Below are positions 1 to 12,621 of a stretch of DNA of 64,000 nt, piece by piece. Under the pieces are notes generated by a model. It made no database searches. It was not told the origin of the DNA and saw nothing but the letters and a program-made list of their open reading frames with translations. Source of the stretch: Squalus acanthias (Eukaryota); the NCBI GenBank assembly GCA_030390025.1, contig JASTWF010000036.1, forward strand, positions 3,846,001 to 3,910,000. The letters are read 5' to 3'. Positions within the stretch are counted from its first letter, which is position 1; each line of letters begins with the position of its first letter. A program made the translations under genes and the position numbers.

Positions 1-424
1 TTGATTGGTCTTTCTCTTTCCCCCCCCCCCCCCCCCCCCTCACCCCTTTTGACTGGTACATCCCTCACCTGTTCAGTTGCCATTTGTTGATGCTTTATGA
101 ATGTGGAATTTGACTCGATCAGGGTTCGAGTGTGCCGCAGACATTTGCATATGCAACGCCCGGGTGAGGGACAAATGCTCAACAGACACACTGGACTTGT
201 GTGTGCGTGCTCCCAGGGAGCAATGTTCACAGAGAGCTCCCTGACCTCCGAGCACAGTTTTCTGTTTACTGTGGCTGGTGCCGCTGTTCTTAATTAGGAC
301 CACTGGAGGTCAGAGATCCATCATTCCTGCTGTTAAAAGGGAGGGAATCTGGCTCCGCGGGGTTGGCATTAGGTAGAGATGTTAACCGCATGTGTGCCAA
401 ATTTGGAGATGATTCCAGCGCAAT

Positions 425-752
425 TGTGTAGAATCACAGAATAGTACAGCACAGAAGGAGGCCATTCGGCCCATCGAGTCTGCGCCAGCTCTTTCGAAGA
501 GCAATCCAGTTAGTCCCACTCCCCCGCTCTTTCCCCACATCCCTGCAATTTTTTCTCCTTCAGTATTTATCCAATTCCTTTTTGAAGGCTACTATTGAAT
601 CTGTATCCACCAACCTATCAGGCAGTGCATTCCAAATCCTAACCACTCGTTGCGTTTTAAAAAAAAAAAGGTTTTCCTCGTGTCGCCTCTGGTTCTTTTG
701 CCAATCACCTTAAATCTGTGCCCTCTGGTTATCGACCCTTCAGCCACCGGAA
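425..752 (-). mobile_element. CR1-clade LINE 3' end fragment
   Basis: agaaggaggccattcggcccatcgag... CR1 3'UTR; related copies at 27130-27390, 31770-32140 and 57580-57790. Confidence 0.75.
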
Positions 753-1020
753 ATGCCAAACACTAAAGGGGTTCCCTGTTGGAAGACTTTGGATTCTTTG
801 TTTGGGACCTGAATCTTTTCTGTTGGTGTCCGTGAAGTGTTTGCAATGGTGGTTCCTGAGCTGCACATCTGTCAGCTGGCCACAAGCCGACCGTAATACT
901 CGAAGACGTGCTACGACTGGTAGCTTGTAGGACTATTGAAACAGTTTGCAGTCAGCTATGCAAGACCTGTGTTTCTGGAACTGCAAACGCCCCATTGATG
1001 GCTACTCTAAAAGGATTGTC

Positions 1021-1325
1021 GAAGATCTCTGCGCTCCTCCAATTCTGGCCTCTTGCGCATCCCTGATTTTCATCGCTCCACCATTGGCGGCCGTGCCTTC
1101 AGCTACCGAGGTCCGAAACTCCCTCCCTAAGTCTCTCAGCGCCCCTCCTCCTTTTAAGATGCTCCTTAAAACCTACCTCTTTGACCAAGCTTTTGGTCAC
1201 CTGCCCTAATATCTCATTATGTGGCTCGGTGTCAAATTTTGTTTGATAATCGCTCCTGTGAAGCACCCTGGGACGTTTTACTACATTAAAGGCACTATAT
1301 AAATGCAAGTTGTTGCTAGTGTTGT
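1021..1325 (+). mobile_element. L2-clade LINE 3' end
   Basis: ...IGGRAFS...RNSLPK-type ORF2 end, then gggacgttttactac...ggcactatataaatgcaagttgttg tail. Confidence 0.75.
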
Positions 1326-1617
1326 CTATTGACACTCTGGGAGATTGTACAGTAATATCCTTTGCTGAAGTCAGGGAGCCATCACTGCATCAATAAGTTT
1401 GCTGAGGCGCTCATCCATCACCTGAAACTATTTCAAAGCATTTGATACTTAAAGTTGCAGATTGGGAGCATAATCACGTGGAAGTATTGATGAGACTTTC
1501 TCCACATACTGAGGCGATTTGAATAAAAGCCATTTCGGTTGTGTTGAACCAGTTGATAAATGTGTCTCAAATTTGCATCATTTTTTTGAATTTTGTTTTG
1601 ATTTGAGCAATCTGTTA

Positions 1618-2356
1618 ATAAGAACATAAGAAATAGGAGCAGGAGTCGGCCATTTGGCCCCTCGAGCCTGCTCCGCCATTCAATAAGATCATGGCTGATC
1701 TTCGACCTCATTTCAATTTCCTGCACTATCCCCATATCCCTTGATTCCCTTAATATCCAAAAATCTATCGATCTCTAACTTGAATATACTCAATGACTGA
1801 GCCTCCACAGCCCTCTGGGGTAGAGAATTCCAAAGATTCACCACCCTCTGAGTGAAGACATTTCTCCTCATCTCAGTCTTAAATGGCCGACCCTTTTATT
1901 CTGAGACTGTGACCCCTGGTTCTAGACTCCCCAGCCAGGGGAAAACATCATCCCTGCATCTACCCTGTCCAGCCCTGTAAGAATTTTGTATGTTTCAATG
2001 AGATCACCTCCCATTCTACTAAACTCTAGAGAATATAGGCCTAGTCTACTCGATCTCTCCTCGTAGGACAATCCCCCCACCCCAGGAACCAGTCTGGTGA
2101 ACCTTCGTTGCACTCCCTCTATGGCAAGTGTATCCTTCCTTGGGTAAGGAGACCAAAACTGTACACAATATTCCAGGTGTGGTCTCACCAGGGCCCTATA
2201 TAATTGCAGTAAGATGTCTTTACTCTTCTACTCAAATCCTCTTGTAATAAAGGCCAACATACAATTTGCTTTCCTAATTGCTTGCTGTACCTGCATGTTA
2301 ACTTTCAGTGATTAGTGTACAAGGACACCCAGGTCCCTCTGAACACCAACATTTCC
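1618..2356 (-). mobile_element. CR1-clade LINE 3' fragment (ORF2 C-terminus plus 3'UTR)
   Basis: RPHLEYCVQFWSPY...EGVQRRFTRL...LGLYSLE motifs; (tcttatgt)n-type tail. Confidence 0.92.
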
Positions 2357-2389
2357 TGAAGGGAATACAGTCACGGTTTGGGATACCAG

Positions 2390-2800
2390 CAAGGAAGGGA
2401 TAAGTGGAGAAGTACTGCTTCAGTGATGCCAACATTGGGTTTGGAAAGCCTGTAGATTGTAGGAGGAAAGGGGGACTGAGGGAGATGTGGCGTTCCACAG
2501 TTTTGAGGTCCCTGAAAAGAATGAGTTGAGAGTAGGAGATGGATGGATAATCTCCACATGGTGAAGATGCAGAGGAAAAGGGCATGTAAGGCTGTCTTAG
2601 TTGCAGCTGAAGAGGAACAAGGGAGGAAAATTCAAAGGGGCACTGACCAAAGTAATGTTGACAGAATAGAGAATGTTAAGAAAGGCTGAGAGAGTGAGTG
2701 GTTGGCGGGTAGAGGTGAGCGATGGATAGGCTGTCAGATGAAGGGCCTTGTATATCTGGTCAAGGGACTCGATAGAGGTGTTAAAATACTTAAATAGCAC
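2390..2800 (-). mobile_element. Highly decayed LINE ORF2 C-terminal fragment
   Basis: minus strand reads ...NSFFSGTSKLWN..., resembling the SFFxRxxxLWNxLP motif; many disruptions. Confidence 0.4.
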
Positions 2801-2948
2801 CCTGCCGGTAAAATGATGGTGCTGTGGCTTCAGTAATGAATCATCACAGTGCACCTGATTCCTCCAAGGTCTTGCTGGAGTAGCTTTTTTGATGAGGTTT
2901 TTGCTTTTGAATTGTCTGCGAATACATTCTGCAGTTCTTTGGAAATAT

Positions 2949-3412
2949 AAAGAAAGGCTTGCATTTCTATCGTGCCTTGCATGACCTCAGGATGTCCCAA
3001 AGCGCTTTACAGCCAATGAAGTACTTTTGAAGTGTAGTCACTGTTGTAATGTAGGAAACGCGGTAGCCAATTTGTGCACAGCAAGCTCCCACACACAGCA
3101 ATGTGATAATGACCAGATCATCAGTTTTTAGTGATGTTGGTTGAGGGATAAATATTGGCCGGGACACTGGGGAGAACTCCCCTGCTCTTCTTCGAAATAG
3201 TGCCATGGGATCTTTTACATCCTTATGAGAGAGCAGACAGAGCCTTGGTTTAACGTCTCATCCAAAAGACGGCACCTCCGACAGTGCCGCACTCCCTCAG
3301 CACTGCACTGGAGTGTCAGCTTGGATCACATGCTCAAGTCCCTGGAGTGGGACTTGAACCCACAACTTTCTGACTGAGGTGAGCGTGCTACCCACTGAGC
3401 CAGGACTGACAC
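2949..3412 (-). mobile_element. tRNA-derived DeuSINE (SacSINE1-like), full length
   Basis: tRNA-like head (ggctcagtgggtagc...gggttcaagtccc), central Deu-type block (ggatgagacgttaaacc...gatcccatggcactatttcgaagaagagcagggg), L2-like tail. Confidence 0.85.
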
Positions 3413-3827
3413 ACACATAAATTTACTTTACATAGTAGTAGTAGTTGTATGAAGTCTGTTCCCAGATAGAAGCAATTTCCCCTTCTCCTCCCCAACCCCC
3501 ACTGGCCCCATTGCTCAAGACCTCATTTTCCCAATCCCCAAATTCAGACACCTGAGCCACTGTTGTATTTAAAAGCCAGAGTGTCGCAGATGCATAAAAC
3601 ATGTCCATTTGATGACCGATTAGCTGTTTTTTGGGGCACCGCCTACATTGTTGAACAGTTGCGCATTTTTAGTTTGAGGGGTGACGTCTAGTCACGTGCC
3701 ATGCATAATTCCAATCCGTCAACACTTCAGTATGGTGAGACAGCGGGGAGCTTGAGGCACTTTGGGATGTTCTTGGAATAGAATTCTGTTTGGGAAATGC
3801 AAAGCCCCTCACTTGACTGAACTCTCA

Positions 3828-4370
3828 GCAACAACAACTTCCATTTATATAGCGCCTTTAACGTAGTAAAACGTCCCAAGACGTTTCACAGGAGTGTTAT
3901 AAAAACAAAATTTGACTCTGAGCCACATAAGGAGATATTAGGGCAGGAGACCAAAAGCTTGGTCGACGAGGCTGGTTTTTAAGGAGCGTCTTAAAGGAGA
4001 AGAGAGAGAGGCGGAGAGGTTTAGGGAGGGAATTCCAGAGCTCAGGGCCCAGGCAGCTGAAGGCACGGCCACCAATGGTGGAGCGATGGAAATCGGGGAT
4101 GCTCAAGAGGGCAGAATTGGAGGAGCGCAGAGATCTCGGCGGGGGGGGGGGGATTGTTGGGCTGAAGAGGATTACACTGATCGGGAAGGGCGAGGTCATG
4201 GAGGGATTTGTAAACATGGATGAGAATTTTAAATTTGAGGTGTTGTTTGACCGGGAGCCAATGTCGGTCCGCGAGCACAGGGGTGATGGGTCAACGGGAC
4301 TTGGTATGAGTTAGAACTCGGGCAGCAGAGTTTGGGATGAGCTCAAGTTTTACGGCGGGTAGAACGTGGG
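3828..4370 (-). mobile_element. L2-clade LINE 3' fragment
   Basis: HWLPVKQHLKFKIL...IGGRAFSCLGPELWNSLP; gttgttgttg tail. Confidence 0.85.
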
Positions 4371-5699
4371 AGGCCGGCCAGGGCAAGTGTTGGAGGGCTT
4401 CTGGTGCACACAGTCATCCTTTGATACTTCAGTGTGTTCCCCCTCCCCTCCCGCGCCCCCCAAATGTCTGCGTGATTTGCAGACGGCACAACAGACTGCA
4501 GGAAAATATCAACAGAGAAAGGGACAGTATCAGGATCCAAAGAGCAGAATTTACAGGCAATTTGCTCACAGTCTGAGCTTGGGGATCATTTTTCTTTAAT
4601 TTTCTGCAGCTGCGTTTTGTTTACTTTGGCTGCTCCTTTAAAATTTCTTTCATTTCTTTTTATTATTTTTTTAAAACAAGACTACTGTGCTGTCTGCGCT
4701 CTGCTCCGTTCAAGCTGCAGCATTAGATAACCCGGACTTGAGCTGCACTTTTTTATATAAAAAAAAAATTAACGCCACACCTCAGCACTTTTTTTTCTGT
4801 AAACCCGAAAGCAACCGTTAGCCATAAAACAGTAAAAATGTCATTTAGTCTGATTTACAAACGCCGGGAGATTTTTGCCACATTGCGGGAGGCCTGTTAA
4901 GACTCCACATTGGTGTGTGTGTGAGTCCAAAAACAGCTTAAAAATATGGGAGTCCAGTAACGCTCCTGTTGTAAAAATATTGGCGCCTCCTTCAGAACGC
5001 CTGAGTTTGAATTCCTGTTTTTACTGTTGAATTATTCCCCAGGCGTTCGAGTAGTGCAATGTGCTGGAATAGCAATACCCCTGTGATATAATCATACTTA
5101 GTGGGAGCTTTGGTCAAACGGATACCCCTTGACCTCTGCGGCCTCCTTCCTGTTGGTGAACAGGAGGGAATCTGGCTTTGATCTTTTAGTTGTAGCGTGG
5201 ACTTGGCTACAGCTCGCAAGCCCCAGGAAGACGTGGGTCCTCTTTATCTCCAAGTGTCTGGAGGCCAGGTCATATATATATGACCTATATATTGGAGTGC
5301 TTCCAACAGCGGGAGCCCTGTGTGTCTTGCCATCAATGGCCACGGATGAACGAATGTGCAGGCTCAGCAGGAAGCCACATGCCCTGGTATGGGAAGGGAC
5401 AAGGCTTTTAAAAAGTGAATTAAAATAGGGAGCAGAGAGTGGGGGGAAATAACCTCCCTTCTCCTCTGACTGGGTGGGTTTTACCTGGTTCAATGGGTGA
5501 ACCCCGTTGCAGGATCAATGCACTATGGGTACGAAAGGACCAGTGTGCAGTGGTCAGAACATGATTTACATACACGTGATCGGGCATGTGTGTAGGGCAC
5601 TGAACCAAGCAATAAAGTACCGTGTGCCTTTTACCTATGATCGTAACACTTATTGCTTTTTTTATGGCTGTATTGTACACTCTTGGAGTAGGGAAACTA

Positions 5700-6115
5700 C
5701 TGCTTTCGTATGACGGGAAAAGCTTACGATGGGATGTCTAGTCTGGCTCTCCATTCAATGGCCTCCTGAGATGCTGAGTGGGGAAGTGAGGTGCCTCCCG
5801 CAACAGATCTCAGTGGGCAGGTTGATGTGATGTGTTCCATGGTCTGGGACTCAGGGCCACAGTCGCATTTCGGGGCGTCCCTCCTCTTCCACTTGTGGAG
5901 CAGGTGACCGCACCGTCTGTGCCCTGTGCGGACTCGGCTGAGCGCCGTCCACTGTCTTCGAGGGAGGTCGAAGCCAGGGACCTCTGCGGTTGGGTCAGTG
6001 ATGAGGTGTTGGTTGCATGCGTCCCACGATTCCATCCATCTGGATAGTGGGTCGATACCAGCTGCGTGAAGAGTGGCTGCAGTTTCCCAGAGTGGCTGGC
6101 GCGATTTTCAGTGCG
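5700..6115 (-). mobile_element. Vingi/Ingi-clade non-LTR retrotransposon 3' fragment with C-terminal CCHC finger
   Basis: KSRQPLW...PGFDLPRRQWTALSRVRTGHRRCGHLLHKW...CDCG...QTMEHITSTCP; 3' end catacgaaag. Confidence 0.75.
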
Positions 6116-6400
6116 ACAAAGCTGGTTGAAGTGGGGAATGATAGCTCATTCCGTCCAATCGGAAAGTTGAGTCACAATGGATCTTTGGATAGATTTATAA
6201 ACCAATTTATGAGACCAAGAAGTCAAACCATCAGTGATCCATCTGAATATCCTTATACCTTTGGAAGAGATGCATTTATTTCTGGTGTCGGGAATGTTGA
6301 AAATTATGTCACCATTCCATTAAATCATTGCCCCTTTAAATCTCCAGTAGTTTCCAGGGAAAAGTTACCTGCAAGAGATGTAGTTCTGATCAGGGTCTTA

Positions 6401-7286
6401 GGGGGAAAAATTCAGTTGGTTGCGCCTCCCGTTAGCGCCTTAAGAGGGCGCTAATGAGGCGCAAAGCATCTAGCGCCCAGGCGCGGCGAAGTTTGCGCCG
6501 CTCGCGAAATTAACTAGACATTTTGCGGCGGCGCTAAACACTACCGCCACGATCTCCTGCGCTGGCAGATCATGACGTCACTCGAGTGCACAACGCCCCG
6601 GTATCGCCCCGGAGCGGATATTGAGTGGCGCCCCCTGCCTTACCGCCTGACGCTAGCAACGACAGGTTGATGGGAGCGTTCTGCAGTCATGAAGGGAAAG
6701 GGGGAGCGCTATTTAAAGGTGTCCGCTTCCTGCCTTTTATTGTTGGTGCCATTTTTGAACTACGCATTCTGAGAGAGAGAGGGAGAGACTTCTGGAGAGA
6801 TTCAACGTTGTGTGAAGGAGTTTTGGGTACTGAGCAGCACTTTGCAGGTTCATTTTGATTTGCCATTCCTTGTATCGATTTAGCAGAGACTGTGGGGGCT
6901 GAGCTCTTTGCCTGGTACCCTCCATTGTTCTTTCCAGCACATTTGATGTGCAGGTCTCTCCAGGCCGAGATTCAAGGCTGCAATGAGCAGGATGTGGATG
7001 GAAAGCAAGATTAACCATCCCCTTTAAGAACTGGCCCGTGCCATTGTGTGTGTGTTCCATTGCTGACTGACATTACATGAGCTTCGCCAGCGCTCTGAGG
7101 TAGCGCCTCGCTCCTCGGCATTTGCGCCTTAAGACAGGTGTGAAGCGCCTGATATAGCGCTGCAATCACCTCCAGGGGCGATAAAAGTCAAGTTTGCAGT
7201 CGGTGGCGATAATTAGCGCCAGGCGCTAATCTTTGCGCCCGGCCGATAATTGCGCCCCAAATGGGGCGATACTGAATTTCTCCCCC
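6401..7286. mobile_element. CpG-rich non-autonomous DNA transposon (PIF/Harbinger-like)
   Basis: TIR gggggaaaaattcagt ... actgaatttctccccc; TTA duplication at 6398-6400 and 7287-7289. Confidence 0.8.
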
Positions 7287-7925
7287 TTAATGTTTAAATT
7301 GGGAAGGGCCCACTTGAAATGGGTTTCTGTGTTAAATGGTTCTCCAGGATAACATGCTTAGCCAGTTCGGTCACTGAAGCACTATTTTTACAACCAGTGT
7401 CCTGGTTTCGATGTCTTTATTTCATGGACGTGAATGTGTGGTGCGTTTGTTAAAAATGGCTCCCAGTTAGTTATGCCCACAACCATCAGGTGAATTTTTT
7501 ATTAAAAATCAGCTCATTTATGTCTTCGCTCCACACCTCGGCACAGTTTGATACGTAAGTTTATAATTTTGGACATCAAAAGAAATTTCAACTTAAGACT
7601 TGGAATTCTGAAGTTCATTTTGGGGGAAAAAAGGTTGTGCTGGAGAGAGAGAGAGAGGGAAAAATGATTTGCAGCATTGCCAACACTTTCAGTTCTCAAA
7701 GGAGTGTCAAGGTAGTGCTGAAGCAGAGCTGGAGGTGCCACTTGGGCACTCCATCAAGAGTCCCTTTGAGTCCCCTAGCTCTGCTTGCACTACCTCGTGA
7801 AGCAAAACTGACTCTTTTTTCACATCATATGTTTTTCTGATGCTTAATTTAGCCTGTAAAAGCTCAATTCAATGTTTGATATTCTATTATATCAATGGAC
7901 AAGCATAGCACCCGTAAAACTGTTA

Positions 7926-8672
7926 GAAAAGAAAGACTTACATTTCTACAGCGCCTTTCACGACCACCGGACGTCTCGAAGCGCTTTACAGCCAATGAAG
8001 TACTTTTTGAAGTGTAGTCACTGTTGTAATGTGGGAAACGCAGCAGCCAATTTGCGCACAGCAAGCTCCCACAAACAGCAATGTGATAATGACCAGATAA
8101 TCTGTTTTAGTGATGTTGATTGAGGGAGAACTCCCCTGCTCTTCTTCGAAATAGTGCCACGGGATCTTTTACGTCCACCTGAGAGAGCAGATGGGGCCTC
8201 GGTTTAATGTCTCATCCGAAAGACAGCGCCTCCGACAGTGCAGCACTCCCTCAGCACCGCCCCTCCGACAGTGCAGCGCTCCCTCAGCACCGCCCCTCCG
8301 ACACAGTGCGGCGCTCCCTCAGTACTGCCCCTCCGACACAGTGCGGCGCTCCCTCAGTACTGCCCCTCCGACAGTGCGGCGCTCCCTCAGCACTGCCCCT
8401 CTGACACAGTGCGGCACTCCCTCAGCGCCGCCCCGCCGACAGTGCAGCACTCCCTCAGCACCGCCCCTCCGACAGTGCAGCACTCCCTCAGCACCGCCCC
8501 TCCGACAGTGCAGCACTCCCTCAGCACCGCCCCTCCGACAGTGCAGCACTCCCTCAGTACTGCACTGGAGTGTTGGCCTAGCTTGATGTGCTCAAGTCTC
8601 TGGGGTGGGACTTGAACCCACAACCTTCTGACTCGGAGGTGAGGGTGCTATCCACTGAGCCACGGCTGACAC
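7926..8672 (-). mobile_element. SacSINE1-like DeuSINE with internal tandem expansion
   Basis: same family as 2949-3412, with an expanded 30-32 bp unit. Confidence 0.85.
8225..8565. repeat. Minisatellite, 30-32 bp unit (ctccgacagtgcagcactccctcagcaccgccc), about 11 copies
   Basis: direct tandem copies visible. Confidence 0.9.
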
Positions 8673-10089
8673 GTGACGTAAGAAGATTGCTGCGCGTATG
8701 GTAGTCCCTGGGTCGCGCACCTCTGTGTAGGGCAGATGTTTGAACAAATACAGCTTCTGGGTCGCAAGTGATGAGATCCACTTGCTTACGGGAATGGCTG
8801 GGAAGCCATTGAAAGGGAAAGCAGTAATTTAAACAAACCCCAACGTGGTAATATCGGAGTACACGTGGAATCGCCTGGCAATTGGGATTTGTGGCTTCAA
8901 GGGTTGTTGGTGTAATTGGTGGCAGAATTGAACGTTAGGATGTCTTGCTTCATTTATCCACTGGGTATTGTGGTCGGTTATTATATGGTACGCTAGTGCT
9001 AGTTGACAGCGTGGAAGACACGTATAAACAGTTATTTTAGTGGTTAATTCCGACTGGTCAGCTGCTCGCAAGTTCATTTGAGTCCAACAACATTAATGTG
9101 TGCGATTTGAAATATCAAAGATTTACGAATTGGACACCCGCAGGGCTCTTGCCGTCCGTGGCTGCATGTCCTGGAGTTGGATAGTTTCGTTGAACCAAAT
9201 CTTTGAACTCGCGTGGTCTATTTTTAGAGTGTCCCATGGAGCTTCAAGCCTCTTGTGGGCCCTTATGACCAATGACTCAGAAAGAAAACCTCATTACCCT
9301 TTTAAAAAAAAAAAAAAAAAAAAAAATTTCATGCCACGACCTTGAGAACAACTTTGCTTCCGCAGGAACGAAGCTTAGATGGCTCCGAGGCCATTGGCCA
9401 TTTGTGACGTGGATTGCCACGCTTGGATGCTGTGCCCCTGAAGAGCGGTTCTGTGGCTTCAGTGGTCACGTTACTCACTGAACACATGTTTCTTTTTTTT
9501 GCTTGTGTATGCTGGCTCTTCCTTTTCTGTGTCGGAGCAGCCGCCCGTCCCACCCACCTTGTGTTTCCCCTCTGATGCATGCCGTCCAGCTGACTGATCC
9601 GCCAGGCAAGTCAGCAGTGGCAAGGAAACTCCCTAGTCGTTATGGCAACTGCGTTTCCTGGAAGGGAATGAGCACCGCTGAGACTCGACGCTCCAAGCTG
9701 ACACACCACATCTCAATTGTAATGAAGAATTTTCGAACCCCCAACCCCACCCCAGGCCTGTGTGACTGTATATCTAGCTGCCCGATTGTGTTGACATGGT
9801 TTATTTTTCTTCTTCATCTTGGGGGTTGGTAGTTTGAGATGTCTTGAGAGACTTTAACTCTGGGTTTTCCTTTTAGCACATGTCTGCAAAGATAAGAGAA
9901 GGGGACCTTACTGTGTGTGTGTCTCTTTCCCCTCCCTAACAAGATAGAGCAGTCTCTAATGGAACTGCGTGTGTAAGTTCAAGCTTTGCTCTTTGGCGGA
10001 CCTATTTCAAATGCAACCAGGACCCCCTTGACCGGTTAACAAGTCTATGAAAATGTGGTCATTAGATATAGATATCAAAAGCCTCCATT

Positions 10090-10990
10090 CGCAAGGAAGA
10101 AGGAAGTAACTCGTGAGGTGCCTCGAGGATCAGTACTGGGGCTGTTGCTGTTTACAACGTAGGCCAGTGATTTGGGAATGGGGAACGGGATCAAAATTCC
10201 AAGATCGCAGGTGATGCCAAAACGGGAGGGACTATGAGCAACAGTAGGGCCAGAATAGATTGGGAAACTGGGCTAACAAGTGGCAAATGTCGTTAAATGT
10301 GGACTTGTGCATTGAGGAAGGGGAATAAACTTTTGCGATATAAGCTAAATTGGTTCTGTTCTACAGGACACGATGGGAGGCCAGGGATCTGGGGGTGGGG
10401 GGAGTTACTGGTGGATAGGCCACTGAAGCCATCAGCACAGTGTATGGCAGTTTGAAAGAAAGCAAATCGGATAGAATAGAACCCAATCTCTCAAACATGA
10501 TGCTGAGTTTGTGTAGGGAGCAGGTCCAGGAATACAAATCTGGTCACCATGTATGAGAAAGACATCCAGGCATTGTGCATTGAAGGGCAATTAAATTGAT
10601 AGCTGGGATCAGGCCGTCTGAGGTATGAGGAGAGGCGGCAGAAGCTGGGAATGTTTACATTGGAGAAGAGGCAGCTCGGGGGTCATCTTCTAGAAGGACC
10701 CAAGATCATAAAGGGTACAGACAAGATGCACGTCAATATATTTAATCCAGTCAGCGATTAGATTTAACTACTTTACACAGAGGCTGGTGGAACATATGGG
10801 ATGGAGTGCCCAGGGAGGCAGGGATGGAGTGTTTAGGGAGGCAGTGGGGCTGATTTGTATCAGCAAATCCTAGAGAGAGTTATTAAAAAAAAAAAACCTG
10901 ATTCAGGAGTATGGTGGGGTATGATGTTTCCTAGACACTGGGACCAACCAGATTGACTGACTGGGGTAGTCCTTTACATTCCTATCTTCC
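10090..10990 (+). mobile_element. Old decayed CR1 ORF2 fragment
   Basis: residual EVPRGSVLGLLLF, ADDxKxGG-like and YEERxxxLGMFTLEKRQL motifs. Confidence 0.65.
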
Positions 10991-11045
10991 TAATCCCTTC
11001 AATGGATCTAAAAGCACATTCCCTACTAAGATCTTATGTTGTATG

Positions 11046-11508
11046 AAAAAGAAAGACTTGCATTTCTATAGCGTCTTTCACGACCTCAGGACGTCCCAAA
11101 GCGCTTTACAGCCAATGAAGTACTTTTGAAGTGTAGTCACTGTTGTAATGTGGGAAACGCAGTAGCCAATTTGCGCACAGCAAGCTCCCACAAACAACAA
11201 TGTGAAAATGACCAGATAATCTGTTTTTGTTATGTTGGTTGAGGGAGAAATATTGTCCAGGACACCAGGGATAACTCCCCTGCTCTTCTTCAAAATAGTG
11301 GCCGTGGGATCTTTTACGTCCACCTCAGACGGGGCCTCGGTTTAACATCTCCTCTGAAAGACAGGCACCTCTGACAGTGCAGCACTCCCTCAGCACGGCA
11401 CTGGAGTGTCAGCCTAGCTTTATGTGCACAAGTCCCTGGAGTGAGACTTGAACCCACAACCTTCTGACTCAGAGGCGAGTGTGCTACCAACTGAGCCACA
11501 GCTGACAC
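11046..11508 (-). mobile_element. SacSINE1-like DeuSINE
   Basis: full-length copy of the family. Confidence 0.85.
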
Positions 11509-12019
11509 CGTATGGAGGGGAGCAATTTGTACAGTCGGGGTACCCGAATACCTCTCCAGGGTTGTCTTTCTCTTCGCAACCATCGGGTCCATTTTATGAG
11601 CTAACTCATTGTTAATGGCCTCCATCTTGCCTAATATACAGAAGAAAGAAAATTTAAAAAGATTGAGAATTACTAATGGTTACTATTGAATGTGACCTTT
11701 CTTTCCAGTCCTTGTGGTGTTTTCCTCCCCTTATTTCCCCTCCTTTCTTAAGTGCCGACTCTTACTGAGATATGCTCCATCGGTTGCCCTCTGGTGCTGA
11801 ATGCGAGGGCCTATTCTTCATGACTGAGCCTTAGCAACGAGTAGGCAGGCTATTCGACTACAGGAGCATCACAGCCAAAGTCGAATCTGTCCACACGTGC
11901 TTGATCAGGAGCGAGAACCTTGACTAATTTTTTCTTCTCTCTAGCCCAGTGGTGCTGTGGCTGATCGTGGTTTCCGTATTTTTAGACTAAGATTAGCTAC
12001 CTCGGTGCAGGCCAGAAAT

Positions 12020-12621
12020 TAGGTTGCCAACCCTCCAGGATTGCCCTGGAGTCTCCAGGAATTAACAATTAATCTCCTGGACACTGTTCTGAGCAACCCA
12101 GGAAAAAAAATCATGGGGATGTTCAAAACAATTGTGCCTTATAAAAAAAAAATAAAAAAAATTCTTTGAATATTTTTAGAAGGGGAGATGCGAAAGAAGG
12201 CTGTTTTGTGACGGCCAAGATGCCTCCAATCAGGTAATGGCGGTTGACATGAATCTTGTCATTCATGTATGAAGTAATACTGGGCGGCCTGCTGGTGGCG
12301 CTGTCCAGGGAGAGTATAAATACTTGGGCATGGGCCCAGCTTGCTTAGGACATTCCTCAACAGGAACTAGTGAAGGACATAACTAGATTTCCATGTTGAA
12401 AAACAGTTGATTAAAACTTTGTTTAACGCTTAGACCAAGTGCCTAGTAGTTTTCTTACGTCAGCGGTATGATCGCTGTTCAATTGGCGTGGGGAGGCGGG
12501 GCGCCATGAGGAGCGATGTGTCGGGCGACCAATGGTGGGAGTGTGTGGGCGGGGCAGTTGGAGACTGGAGGTTATCTGACAAAACCTCCAGGAATATGTC
12601 CAACCAGCGTTGGCAACCCTA
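12020..12621. mobile_element. hAT (Blackjack-like) MITE interrupted by a solo LTR
   Basis: termini aggttgccaac ... gttggcaacccta; related copies at 15255-15440, 15895-16122, 42722-43099, 43150-43276 and 59850-60113. Confidence 0.7.
12245..12462 (+). mobile_element. Solo LTR, copy 1
   Basis: TGAC...GTCA termini, 5-bp TSD GCGGT, internal TATAAA and ATTAAA. Confidence 0.8.

Noticed and set aside
8191..8623. Repetitive ORFs in several frames
   Set aside because: Produced by the tandem expansion inside a SINE.
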